DNA from: a virus
Lineage: Duplodnaviria; Caudoviricetes
Direction: 5' to 3' (one strand)
DNA length: 25,638 nt
IMG/VR virus record: IMGVR_UViG_3300032312_001125
Span: 1 to 25,638 of that record
Shown: positions 7,609 to 16,009 of the stretch, piece by piece
Position numbering within the stretch: position 1 is the stretch's first letter
Layout of the letters: every line of letters starts with the position of its first letter
The notes under the pieces: model-generated
What the model saw: only the letters and a program-made list of their open reading frames with translations
What the model was told of the DNA's origin: nothing
Databases searched by the model: none
Program-made: the position numbers and the translations under genes

Positions 7609-9438
7609 ATGGAACAACGCGACCACAACGGCGAGCCGCTCTACCGGAATGCGGTGGTGGCGAACTGGTGCCGCGCGGAGGACGACCCCGAGGTAGTCGA
7701 GTTCAGCTTTTCATCAGAAGAGCCGGTTGAGCGCTACTTCGGGCTGGAGGTACTCAGCCATGACCCCGGCGCGATGAACATGGCCCGCCTTAATTCAGGG
7801 GCGGCGCCATGGCTCTGGAATCACAATCCCGATGTGGTTCTCGGCGGAGTCGAGAAGGCTTGGCAGGGCGGTGACGGGCGCGGCATGGTTCGCACTCGTT
7901 GGAGCCCCAACACCAAGTCCGAGGGCTCCGACGAATGGAAGGTTCGGCAGAACTGGGAGGCGGGCATCATCCGCAACGTCTCCTTCATGTACTCCATCGA
8001 CGCGCCGCTTGACCTCAAGTCGCGCGAAGGCGTGGCGCTGGTCACAGCATTTACGCCAATGGAGGTCTCGACCGTTTCCATTCCAGCCGACGCCACCGTC
8101 GGCCAGGGCCGAGCAATCGGCGACACCGCGGCCTCGGCCGCAGACCCAACCCAACCCCCGAATAAACCAGTGGAAACCGCCATCAATCTCGACGAGGTGC
8201 GGGCTCAGGCTGCGGCCGATGAGCGCTCCCGCGTCGCCGAAATCACCGGCCTCTGCCGCGAACACAAAACCGACGACCTGGCCCAGGGCCTGATCGAACG
8301 CGGCGCCACCGAATTTGAGGCCATGAAGGACGTGCTTGCCGCCATTGGCAGGCGCGCCAAGCAGCCCGCCACCCCGGCCGCTGCTGCCCAGCCGATCGCT
8401 GGCGCTTCTGCTGACATCGGCCTGACCGACAAAGAGGCCCGCAGCTTCAGCTTTCTGAAGGCAATGCGTGCCCAGCTCTTTCCTAACGAGCGCGCCTTCC
8501 AGGAGGAAGCGGCTTTTGAGCGCGAGGCCAGCAACGCTGCCGCCCAACGGATGGGCATGAGCCCCAAAGGCATCTTGATCCCTAACGATGTGCTCAGCCG
8601 GTCCCTGACCGCTGGCCAAGCCTCCGCTGCCGGCGACCTGATCTTCACTGATGCTCGCCCCGGATCGTTCATCGAGATGCTGCGCAAGCGCAACTTTCTG
8701 ACCGGCCTTGGCGTCACCATCCTGGCTGGCCTGACGGGCCCCGTGGGCATCCCCAGGCAGACCGGCGCCAGCCAGGTCTATTGGAAGGGCGAAGGCGTGG
8801 CCGCCGCCGAATCTGAGCCCTCCGTGGGCCAAGTCACGATGACGCTCAAGGAGATGAGCGCTTGGACTCGCTTTTCCCGTTCGCTGTTGCTGCAGAGCTC
8901 CATCGACGTTGAGACGTTTGTCCGTAATGACCTGGTGACCGTGATGGCCCTGGAGCAAGCACGGGTTGCCCTTTATGGCCTGGGATCTTCTTCCCAGCCC
9001 GAGGGCCTCAAGATCATCACCGACATCAATACTGAAGATTTTGCCAACGCCCAGCCGACTTACGCGGAGCTCGTTTCCATGGAAACGAAGGTCGCGGCCG
9101 ATGACGCCGATATTGGCACCATGGGTTACGTCACCAACGCCACCATCTACGGCGGCTTCAAGACCACCGAAAAAGCGGCCAACACCGCTCAGTTTGTTCT
9201 TGAGCCTGGCGGCACCGTGAACAGCTACGGCGTGGTCCGCTCCAACCAGGTGGAGACTGGCGACGTTTTCTTCGGTGTCTGGAGCCAGCTTGTCCTGGGC
9301 CTCTTCGGTGCCGTCGATCTCCAGGTAAACCCCTACTCAGAGGACAAGGAAGGCAACATCCGGGTTGTGGCTCATCAGGCCATCGACTACGCGGTGCGTC
9401 ATCCCCAAGCCTTCTGCCGCGGTAACAACACCCTGTGA
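7609..9438 (+). CDS. Fused prohead protease - scaffold - HK97-fold major capsid protein
   Basis: FSFSSEEPV, LWNHN, VSFMY and EVSTVSIPAD protease motifs; helical linker; IPRQTG, FFGVWSQL and VRHPQAF capsid motifs. Start moved from 7558 to 7609 because the promoter motif lies between them. Confidence 0.93.
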   Translation: MEQRDHNGEPLYRNAVVANWCRAEDDPEVVEFSFSSEEPVERYFGLEVLSHDPGAMNMARLNSGAAPWLWNHNPDVVLGGVEKAWQGGDGRGMVRTRWSPNTKSEGSDEWKVRQNWEAGIIRNVSFMYSIDAPLDLKSREGVALVTAFTPMEVSTVSIPADATVGQGRAIGDTAASAADPTQPPNKPVETAINLDEVRAQAAADERSRVAEITGLCREHKTDDLAQGLIERGATEFEAMKDVLAAIGRRAKQPATPAAAAQPIAGASADIGLTDKEARSFSFLKAMRAQLFPNERAFQEEAAFEREASNAAAQRMGMSPKGILIPNDVLSRSLTAGQASAAGDLIFTDARPGSFIEMLRKRNFLTGLGVTILAGLTGPVGIPRQTGASQVYWKGEGVAAAESEPSVGQVTMTLKEMSAWTRFSRSLLLQSSIDVETFVRNDLVTVMALEQARVALYGLGSSSQPEGLKIITDINTEDFANAQPTYAELVSMETKVAADDADIGTMGYVTNATIYGGFKTTEKAANTAQFVLEPGGTVNSYGVVRSNQVETGDVFFGVWSQLVLGLFGAVDLQVNPYSEDKEGNIRVVAHQAIDYAVRHPQAFCRGNNTL

Positions 9439-9443
9439 TAGCC

Positions 9444-9680
9444 ATGAGGATCAGGATGCTGCGCCAAATTTCAATTGCCGGCCGAACCGTTCGGATTGGC
9501 GACCTGGTGACCGTTGGCTTTGGTGCCAACGAGATAAGCGCGTCTGCTGCTCGGCTCCTGCTAGCCATGGGCAGGGCCGAACAGGCGTCAGATCCTGATC
9601 CTGTGGTGATCACTGCCTCAGAGGCTGCAAAGCCTCGCCCTCGTAAATCCAACCCCCGAGAAACCGATGGCTGTTCATGA
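9444..9680 (+). CDS. Small head-module protein
   Basis: MRIRMLRQISIAG...ARLLLAMGRAE, typical short gene after the capsid gene; start at 9435 or 9444. Confidence 0.7.
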   Translation: MRIRMLRQISIAGRTVRIGDLVTVGFGANEISASAARLLLAMGRAEQASDPDPVVITASEAAKPRPRKSNPRETDGCS

Positions 9681-10044
9681 GCTTTCGCTGGACAAGCTCC
9701 AGCACTTCACTCTTCTGGCTACAACCACGATCACCGGTACTGGCAACCAAACCGGCGTGGACCTTCATGGATTTGAAGGTGATGTTCAGATCATCCTGGC
9801 CGGCACTGCCACTGGCGCTAGCACTGACTTGACCTTCCGCATTGAAGAGTCGGCCGACAACTCCACATATGGCGCCGCAACCGGCGGCGGCTTTGCTGCG
9901 ATTGCCAACGCTGCATCAAAGCAGGTGATCACCCTGAATAGCAATGACCTCAAGCGTTACATTCGTTTGAGCTGCACTGCTGAGACGGGCGCCGCTTCCA
10001 GCAACGTTACGTGCTTTGGCTACGGCCTGAAAAAGTACAGCTGA
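9667..10044 (+). CDS. Putative capsid cement/decoration protein
   Basis: Beta-rich TGVDL...IEESADNST...KRYIRL pattern, located just after the capsid gene. Confidence 0.6.
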   Translation: MAVHELSLDKLQHFTLLATTTITGTGNQTGVDLHGFEGDVQIILAGTATGASTDLTFRIEESADNSTYGAATGGGFAAIANAASKQVITLNSNDLKRYIRLSCTAETGAASSNVTCFGYGLKKYS

Positions 10045-10045
10045 G

Positions 10046-10417
10046 ATGGCTTTCACCGAGGATCTCTCTGTTTTCCTCGACCTCAACGGCTTCGGCGTCC
10101 CTGTGGTCGCCGGGGCCGTTTCTGGCGTAGGGATTCTCGACCTTAACTCCGAGCTGATCCTTGGCGGTGAGATCAATGTTATCGACTACCTGTTGACTGT
10201 GCCCACGGCAACATTCGGCAACCTGGGATACGGCTCCACGGTGATCGTGAATGGCCAGACCTACAAGGCCGAAACGGCGCCCATGAGGTTTGACGATGGC
10301 GCGTTCTGCCGTGTTGCGTTGATGAAGGTGACAGCAGCCGTCACCGCGAACAACATCATCACTTTGGCGGGCCTCAAGCTGACAACGCTGGATGGCCGCT
10401 ACCTGGTCACGCTCTGA
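10046..10417 (+). CDS. Head-closure protein (lambda gpFII-like)
   Basis: MAFTEDLSVFL...GILD...IVNGQTY...DDG pattern and gene position. Confidence 0.7.
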   Translation: MAFTEDLSVFLDLNGFGVPVVAGAVSGVGILDLNSELILGGEINVIDYLLTVPTATFGNLGYGSTVIVNGQTYKAETAPMRFDDGAFCRVALMKVTAAVTANNIITLAGLKLTTLDGRYLVTL

Positions 10418-10430
10418 CTTCCTAGCCTGA
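10418..10430 (+). promoter_or_regulatory. Putative late promoter CTTCCTAGCCTGA, copy 3 (predicted leaderless transcript)
   Basis: TAGCCT at 10423-10428, 6 nt before ATG 10435; fills most of a 17-nt intergenic gap. Confidence 0.7.
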
Positions 10431-10434
10431 TTCC

Positions 10435-12816
10435 ATGGCCGATGTAACGATTACAGGACTGCCCAACGCCGCGGCGCTGACCGGCGCCGAGCGGGTGCCG
10501 ATGGATCAGGCCGGCGTGACCGTGGACGCAGCGGCCTCCGCCATCGCCGCCCTAGCCACTGCGGCCACGGTGGGACTTGCCAACGTCAACAACACCAGCG
10601 ACCTCAACAAGCCGATCAGCACGGCCACCCAAGCGGCTCTAGACGGGAAGGCATCAATCGGCGGGGCTTTGGGCACCCCCACCAGCGCCACTCTCACCAA
10701 CGCAACCGGCCTGCCGCTGACCACGGGCGTGACCGGCATCCTACCCGTGGCGTCTGGTGGCACTGGGACCGCAACGCCTGGCCTGGTGCCTGGCGCAAAC
10801 GTCACAATCAGCGGATCTTGGCCAAACCAAACTATCGCCGCTGCCGGCGGTGGGGGCGGCGGCGGCTCTGGGACCGTGACTAGTGTGGGGCTGAACGCCC
10901 CAACGGGATTCTCGGTCACCGGCTCGCCGGTGACGGTCAGCGGAAATATCACACTGGCGTTTGCTGCTGGCTACAGCCTGCCCCTTGACTCCAGCCAGGC
11001 CAACTGGAACACGGCGTTTAACGATCGGCTGCGATGGGACGGCGGCAGTACGGGCCTCGACGCCAGCACGGGCCGGGCATCGCTCGGGCTGGGCAGCTTG
11101 GCTACACAAAACGGCACCTTCAGCGGCACCAGTAGCGGCACCAACACGGGCGATAATGCAATAAATAGCCTGTATTCCGGCCTAGTTTCTAACGCTAATC
11201 ACACCGGAGACGCTAGCGGCTCCACTGTTCTGACTCTTGCGACGGTGAATGCAAACGTGGGGTCGTTCGGCTCGGCGACTGCATGCTCGACCTTCACGGT
11301 CAACGCCAAGGGGCTGATCACTGCGGCCAGCTCGACCCCGATCACTCCAGCCGTCGGCAGCATCACCGGCCTGGGAACTGGTGTCGCCACGGCCCTTGCG
11401 GTCAACGTCGGCTCGGCCGGCGCCCCGGTTGTTTTGGGTGGAGCCCTGGGCACACCCAGCGGCGCTACTCTCACCAACGCAACCGGCCTGCCCCTGACCA
11501 CGGGGGTGACGGGGCTCCTACCCGTGGCGTCTGGTGGCACCGGCACTGCAACCCCCGGACTGGTGCAGGGTGCCAACGTCACGATTTCGGGATCTTGGCC
11601 CAACCAGACGATCAGCGCCAGCGTCTCCGGTGGCGGCGGCGGCGATGCACTGGTCAGCCAGCCGCTCAGCCAGTTTGCGGCCACCACCTCGGCGCAGCTC
11701 GCCGGGGTGATCACGGATGAAACCGGCACCGGGCCACTGGTGTTTGCAAACAGCCCAACCCTGATCACCCCTGCTCTGGGCACTCCCAGCAGTGGAACGC
11801 TGACGAGCTGCACCGGCCTGCCCCTGGCCACCGGCATAAGCGGCTTCGGCACCGGCATCGCCACGGCCCTGGCGGCCAACACCGGCTCAGCCGGTGCCCC
11901 GGTGTTGTTCAACGGCGCCGGAGGCACGCCATCGAGCCTCTCTCTTGCCAACGCCACAGGGCTTCCTGTTGCAGCCGTCACCGGCCTGGGAACTGGTGTC
12001 GCCACGGCCCTGGCGGTCAACGTCGGCTCGGCCGGCGCCCCGGTCCTGCTCGACGGGGCCGGCGGCACGCCCTCGGGGCTGACGCTGACAAACGCAAGCG
12101 GCCTGCCCCTGACTACCGGGGTGACGGGACTCCTGCCCGTGGCGAACGGTGGCACCGGCACCGCAACTCCCGGACTGGTGCAAGGAGCAAACGTCACGAT
12201 TACCGGATCCTGGCCAAACCAGACGATCGCCGCGAGTGGCGGGGGGGGAGCAGCCAACGACCTGTACGCGCTGAATAAATCGTTTTGCCCTTTCCAGGGC
12301 GCGGTTATTGTTGGAGCCGCAAACCCTGCCAATACGCTAGCAGTCATTCCGTTCAAAGTTGAACGCTCTGGGCGTGTTGATGCGCTGCAGTTGAGGGTTA
12401 CTACGGCTGTTACTTCATCATTGTTTCAAATCGCTTTTTATGCCTCAGCGGACGCCGTGCCTGTTGGCACACCTATAGGTGTAACGTCGTCAATCAGTGG
12501 CGCGGCAGCGGCAAACCTGAGCGAAACACTTGGGACACCGTTTAACCTAATTGCGGGTCGCACGTATTTTCTAGCCGTAAACGTCAACACCGGCACTACT
12601 CTGGCATTCCTGACACTGCCAGCAGGAAGCCTGCACGCCTGGAACCTTTGTGGACCGGCGTCTATTACTGGCGTAAATAACACTAATGCAATGTTTAATT
12701 ACACTATATCTCAAACGTACGGCACTTGGCCCGACTTGACCGGGGCAACCCTAGGAACGGTTTTTGGGCTAAGTCGAGCGCCGATTGTGTTTTTGCAATA
12801 CGGGGCGTTTGTGTAA
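10435..12816 (+). CDS. Repetitive fibre protein (Gly/Thr/Ala-rich shaft, distinct C-terminal domain)
   Basis: 793 aa; GLANVNNTSDLNKPISTATQAAL and LPVAxGGTG fibre motifs; internal repeats; lower-GC 3' end. Confidence 0.85.
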   Translation: MADVTITGLPNAAALTGAERVPMDQAGVTVDAAASAIAALATAATVGLANVNNTSDLNKPISTATQAALDGKASIGGALGTPTSATLTNATGLPLTTGVTGILPVASGGTGTATPGLVPGANVTISGSWPNQTIAAAGGGGGGGSGTVTSVGLNAPTGFSVTGSPVTVSGNITLAFAAGYSLPLDSSQANWNTAFNDRLRWDGGSTGLDASTGRASLGLGSLATQNGTFSGTSSGTNTGDNAINSLYSGLVSNANHTGDASGSTVLTLATVNANVGSFGSATACSTFTVNAKGLITAASSTPITPAVGSITGLGTGVATALAVNVGSAGAPVVLGGALGTPSGATLTNATGLPLTTGVTGLLPVASGGTGTATPGLVQGANVTISGSWPNQTISASVSGGGGGDALVSQPLSQFAATTSAQLAGVITDETGTGPLVFANSPTLITPALGTPSSGTLTSCTGLPLATGISGFGTGIATALAANTGSAGAPVLFNGAGGTPSSLSLANATGLPVAAVTGLGTGVATALAVNVGSAGAPVLLDGAGGTPSGLTLTNASGLPLTTGVTGLLPVANGGTGTATPGLVQGANVTITGSWPNQTIAASGGGGAANDLYALNKSFCPFQGAVIVGAANPANTLAVIPFKVERSGRVDALQLRVTTAVTSSLFQIAFYASADAVPVGTPIGVTSSISGAAAANLSETLGTPFNLIAGRTYFLAVNVNTGTTLAFLTLPAGSLHAWNLCGPASITGVNNTNAMFNYTISQTYGTWPDLTGATLGTVFGLSRAPIVFLQYGAFV
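10663..12228 (+). repeat. Intragenic repeats of the fibre gene
   Basis: Three ~57-aa units (approx. 10663-10836, 11440-11613, 12061-12228) plus 67-nt copies at 11363-11429 and 11978-12044 differing at one base. Confidence 0.9.
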
Positions 12817-13304
12817 TGGCCATAAGCTATGCCGCTAATGTTATCACAATCACCGACGAGATCGGCAACCGCCCCCCTATCGTGCTGTCGCGCAACACGA
12901 CGCCACCGGAAGAAATCGAAGCGGCGATAATTCTCTACCACCCTCCCCCGGATCCAGCGCCCGACTGGGGCGGCTTTCTTCGGCAGTTGCTGCAATCGCC
13001 CATGTTAGGGGCCGCGCAGTTGGGTGCCGAAGCAATCATTGGCGCGGAGCTGCCGACAGCTAACGCCGAGCGGACAGAGCAGCTGCTCAGGGCGGTAAAC
13101 GCGCTCACCAGTCTCACAAGCGGACTCGCGGTTGCCTCGCTGCCATCCGGCGATTCTGGCCTGTTCGTCGGTGCATGGCTGCTGCTGCGCGAGGCGAGCC
13201 TCGTTGCTCCCGAAATTGCCGCAGCCATGGCCCAGCTTGCCGTGAGCTACCACATACCCCAGAGCCTGATCGATTCGCTCGGGGCCCCCAGCGAGCCTTC
13301 CTAG
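12816..13304 (+). CDS. Putative fibre-associated / assembly chaperone protein
   Basis: TAATG overlap with the fibre stop; PPPDPAPDWGGF linker followed by a helical domain. Confidence 0.6.
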   Translation: MAISYAANVITITDEIGNRPPIVLSRNTTPPEEIEAAIILYHPPPDPAPDWGGFLRQLLQSPMLGAAQLGAEAIIGAELPTANAERTEQLLRAVNALTSLTSGLAVASLPSGDSGLFVGAWLLLREASLVAPEIAAAMAQLAVSYHIPQSLIDSLGAPSEPS

Positions 13305-13309
13305 CCTGA
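13297..13309 (+). promoter_or_regulatory. Putative late promoter CTTCCTAGCCTGA, copy 4
   Basis: TAG of the hexamer (13302-13304) is also the upstream stop codon; next ATG at 13328. Confidence 0.7.
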
Positions 13310-13327
13310 GGCAGGATTGAAACCATC

Positions 13328-13522
13328 ATGGGTCTTGCTGAATCAATCGCCCTGGCGGGGCTCGTTCTGACGGTGGGGGCAACTGCCACGTCGGGGGTGA
13401 AAGCCCTCTGGGCAATCTCCAAAGGTCTTGGAAATTTTGAGGGCAAGATCCTTGAGATGCTCGCCCATCACCAGAGCACCCTGGAAGACCACGAAGAGCG
13501 ACTGAGGTCGGGAAAGCTATGA
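13328..13522 (+). CDS. Small membrane protein, holin/antiholin-like candidate
   Basis: N-terminal hydrophobic helix followed by a short charged coiled coil (LEDHEERLR). Confidence 0.55.
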   Translation: MGLAESIALAGLVLTVGATATSGVKALWAISKGLGNFEGKILEMLAHHQSTLEDHEERLRSGKL

Positions 13523-13722
13523 CCTGGATAACCGCTGCAATGCTGGCCGGCTACATCGGCATTTGCGAGTACCGGGCTCCGTCGCCATGGGTGGCCTGTG
13601 AAAGTCGCTGGAACTGGGCTCTAGGCGTGTTGGTGCCCAGCCCCATCCAAGGCGCCGTAAACCGCTTCCTGCCCGGCCGGCGGCGCCACTCCGACGCCAG
13701 GTCTGAGGAGCCGAAGCCATGA
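13519..13722 (+). CDS. Small membrane-associated protein with two Cys
   Basis: ATGA overlaps on both sides; two short hydrophobic segments flanking C-x10-C; basic tail. Confidence 0.6.
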   Translation: MTWITAAMLAGYIGICEYRAPSPWVACESRWNWALGVLVPSPIQGAVNRFLPGRRRHSDARSEEPKP

Positions 13723-14159
13723 CCAGCCGATCTGAGGTGATCCTCGCCGGGACCAAGGTGATCCTTGAGGCCGGCCTCACCGGTGCCGCTGCAGCCACGG
13801 TCTACCGCGACCGGGCCGAGGCCATGGCACGCAATGAGCTACCAGCAGTGGCGCTGGATTGGGACAGCCAGAGCGACGCCCCCACAACGCACAAAACGTT
13901 GACCACGACCATGCAGCTGGACGTAGACATTCTGATCAGCGGCACGCCCCTCACCCTCTTAGCTGATCCAATCTGGGTCCGGGCCCATGAGCTGCTGATG
14001 GCCGAGGTCACCGGTGTGCCCAGCCTGCCGGGCGTGATCGGGATCATGCCCACCGGCCGCCAGGCTGAGCGGGTGAGCGGCGAGATCGGGATTCTCCGCT
14101 GTTCCTACGCTGTCACGTATCAGACCTATCAGCTGAACATTGACGATGGCCTCCCCTAA
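13719..14159 (+). CDS. Tail terminator protein (gpU-like)
   Basis: VYRDRAEAMARNELPAV...LADPI...YAVTY pattern, upstream of the tail tube gene. Confidence 0.75.
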   Translation: MTSRSEVILAGTKVILEAGLTGAAAATVYRDRAEAMARNELPAVALDWDSQSDAPTTHKTLTTTMQLDVDILISGTPLTLLADPIWVRAHELLMAEVTGVPSLPGVIGIMPTGRQAERVSGEIGILRCSYAVTYQTYQLNIDDGLP

Positions 14160-14304
14160 GCCGCTGCCGCCGCCGCCCACCGACCCTGGGGAGTTTGTGC
14201 TTTCCGCCGATGGCAAGGACTGGGACCTGGTGACTGCAGCGGCTGAGCCGGTCTGCGCGGCTGAGCCCCCCGCCCAATCAACCCCCGTCCCTGGTGATCT
14301 CTAA
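14146..14304 (+). CDS. Small Pro-rich protein (52 aa, MASPKPLPPPPTDPGEFVLSADGKDWDLV...)
   Basis: Read by hand; fills the gap exactly, with a TAATG overlap onto the tail tube start. Confidence 0.6.
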   Translation: MASPKPLPPPPTDPGEFVLSADGKDWDLVTAAAEPVCAAEPPAQSTPVPGDL

Positions 14305-15248
14305 TGTCTCTTTACCGGAAGTCTCTTGTCTGCTCCAAGGCTGAAGCCACCTACGGGCAGACGGCCAGCACCAATGGCACCGACTACCTGGTGACGCTGG
14401 CTGATGTGAGCATCACCCCGCTGTCTGCTGAATCGCTGGATCGGGAGATCCTGGACGGTTCGTTTGGCTCCACCCTCTCGCCACTGATTGCAAGGCGGAA
14501 GGTGGAGGCATCCATCCCCATCGAGCTCAGCGGATCCGGCACCGCCGGCACCGCGCCGAAATTTTCCCATCTCCTGCTGGGTTCGGGAATGAACCTCACC
14601 ACGGTGTCGAGCACGAGTAACACCTACAACCTGGTCACCGCCGAAGGCCTGGCCAGCTCTGAGCTGATGTTTTTCGGTGATGGCCAACGTCATCAGGGGC
14701 TTGGCGGTCGCGGTGGTTTCGAGATCACGTTCACCTCTGGCGAGGCGCCCCGAATCGTTTTCAACCGGACCTATATCTACGTTGAGCCAACCAACGTTGC
14801 CAACGTCACGCCAACGATCAGCAACCAGGCGGCGCCGGTTGTGTTTGATGCCGCCAACACCGCTACGGCCACCATTGGCGGCCTGCCTGTGTGCGTGCAG
14901 TCGATGACTCTGACCCTAGAGCCCGAGCTGTTCTTTCGGGATAACGCCGGCTGCAGCAAAGAGGTTCAGATCGTGAACCACGTCGTCAGCGGCACGATCA
15001 CCATCGTGCGCCCGGCTGACCTGGCCACGTTCAACCCCTACGCGCTCTGCACCAACGGCACCCGCCAGGCCATCACACTCACTCATGGCACCGCCGCCGG
15101 CAACAGGGTGATTCCGACGATCCCCTATGCCGTGTTCGGGGCACCCACTGAAGTGAACCTGGACGGCACGTATGGCTTGGAGCTACCGTTCGTGGCGAAG
15201 AACTCCGCCCCCGGCGCCACCGATTCCATGACTCTGGCCTTCACCTAA
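14304..15248 (+). CDS. Major tail (tube) protein
   Basis: KAEATYG, IELSGSGTAGTAP, HGTAAGN motifs; 314 aa; precedes the chaperone and tape measure genes. Confidence 0.88.
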   Translation: MSLYRKSLVCSKAEATYGQTASTNGTDYLVTLADVSITPLSAESLDREILDGSFGSTLSPLIARRKVEASIPIELSGSGTAGTAPKFSHLLLGSGMNLTTVSSTSNTYNLVTAEGLASSELMFFGDGQRHQGLGGRGGFEITFTSGEAPRIVFNRTYIYVEPTNVANVTPTISNQAAPVVFDAANTATATIGGLPVCVQSMTLTLEPELFFRDNAGCSKEVQIVNHVVSGTITIVRPADLATFNPYALCTNGTRQAITLTHGTAAGNRVIPTIPYAVFGAPTEVNLDGTYGLELPFVAKNSAPGATDSMTLAFT

Positions 15249-15299
15249 AACCCAGCGGCTCAGGCTGGCGATTCTGAACTTTCACCGCAACACCACCCC

Positions 15300-15695
15300 A
15301 TGGGATTCAAACTTTCCGGCGCCACTAGCTACGAATGGAAAGTGACTGGCAAATTGGCAAACGAAAGCTATAGCTTTACTGCTGAGTTTGCCTTTCTCGA
15401 TCAAGAGCGGATCGACTATTTGCTGGTGGCATCAGCAAGGCGATCAGCACTTTTGAAGCGTGGCGAGGATGACCCGGAACTGGAGGGCGTCAACCATCGA
15501 ACCATTGCGGCCGAGGTGCTGACGGGGTGGGCTGGCGTGACTGATGACGATGGCGAGCCGGTGGACTTTACTGCCGCATCGGCTGACAAGATCCTGAGAA
15601 TCCAGGGCGTGGCGAAGGCCGTGTGCGACGCCTGGGCCGAGAGCCTGGAGGGAGCCAAGTGGGGAAACTCCAAGGCGCCGCGCGGCATTGGCTGA
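15300..15695 (+). CDS. Tail assembly chaperone (gpG-like)
   Basis: FTAEF...VLTGWAGVTDDDGEPVDF motif; slippery site near the 3' end. Confidence 0.85.
   Translation: MGFKLSGATSYEWKVTGKLANESYSFTAEFAFLDQERIDYLLVASARRSALLKRGEDDPELEGVNHRTIAAEVLTGWAGVTDDDGEPVDFTAASADKILRIQGVAKAVCDAWAESLEGAKWGNSKAPRGIG
15662..15668 (+). other. -1 programmed ribosomal frameshift site G GGA AAC
   Basis: X XXY YYZ heptamer in the correct phase of the gpG frame; the -1 frame stays open to 16009. Confidence 0.85.
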
Positions 15696-16009
15696 GCGGC
15701 GCAAAGCCAGTCGATACAGAGCGGCTGAGGCAAGAGGCCGAGGGCCTGGGCTTGACCGCTGAGGCCGTGGCCGAGCTGCTCGGATCGCAGGCGCCCGAGC
15801 ACTTTGAAGTCTGGCCTGAGAACTGGGCCGCCTTGGATCTGTTCCTGCGTTGCCAGACTCAGTGGCGCACCGACAACGGCCACCGCACCGGTTTGATCTA
15901 TTCCGAGCTGATCGCCATCGGTAGCCTGTATTCAGTGAAGAACCTGGGCCAAGTGGTGGAAGACGTGCAGGTGATCGAGGCCGAGATCCTGAATCAGGGG
16001 GCGAACTGA
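15662..16009 (+). CDS. Frameshift extension of the tail chaperone (gpT part of gpGT, DUF1799-like)
   Basis: FEVWPENW...F...TQWR...GLIY...VIEAEIL motif; TGATG overlap with the tape measure gene. Confidence 0.8.
   Translation, partial: GKLQGAARHWLSGAKPVDTERLRQEAEGLGLTAEAVAELLGSQAPEHFEVWPENWAALDLFLRCQTQWRTDNGHRTGLIYSELIAIGSLYSVKNLGQVVEDVQVIEAEILNQGAN

Noticed and set aside
7795-8958. 387-aa minus-strand ORF, and similar long antisense ORFs at 6641-7456, 11199-12356 and 15444-16442
   Set aside because: Shadows of well-supported + strand genes; expected with high GC3; no recognisable motifs
10663-12228. Repeats as a possible DGR template/variable pair or CRISPR array
   Set aside because: Differences are mostly synonymous and not adenine-specific; no reverse transcriptase; no repeat-spacer periodicity
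15252-15268. CCAGC-n7-GCTGG hairpin after the tail tube gene as a terminator
   Set aside because: Only a 5-bp stem and no adjacent U tract
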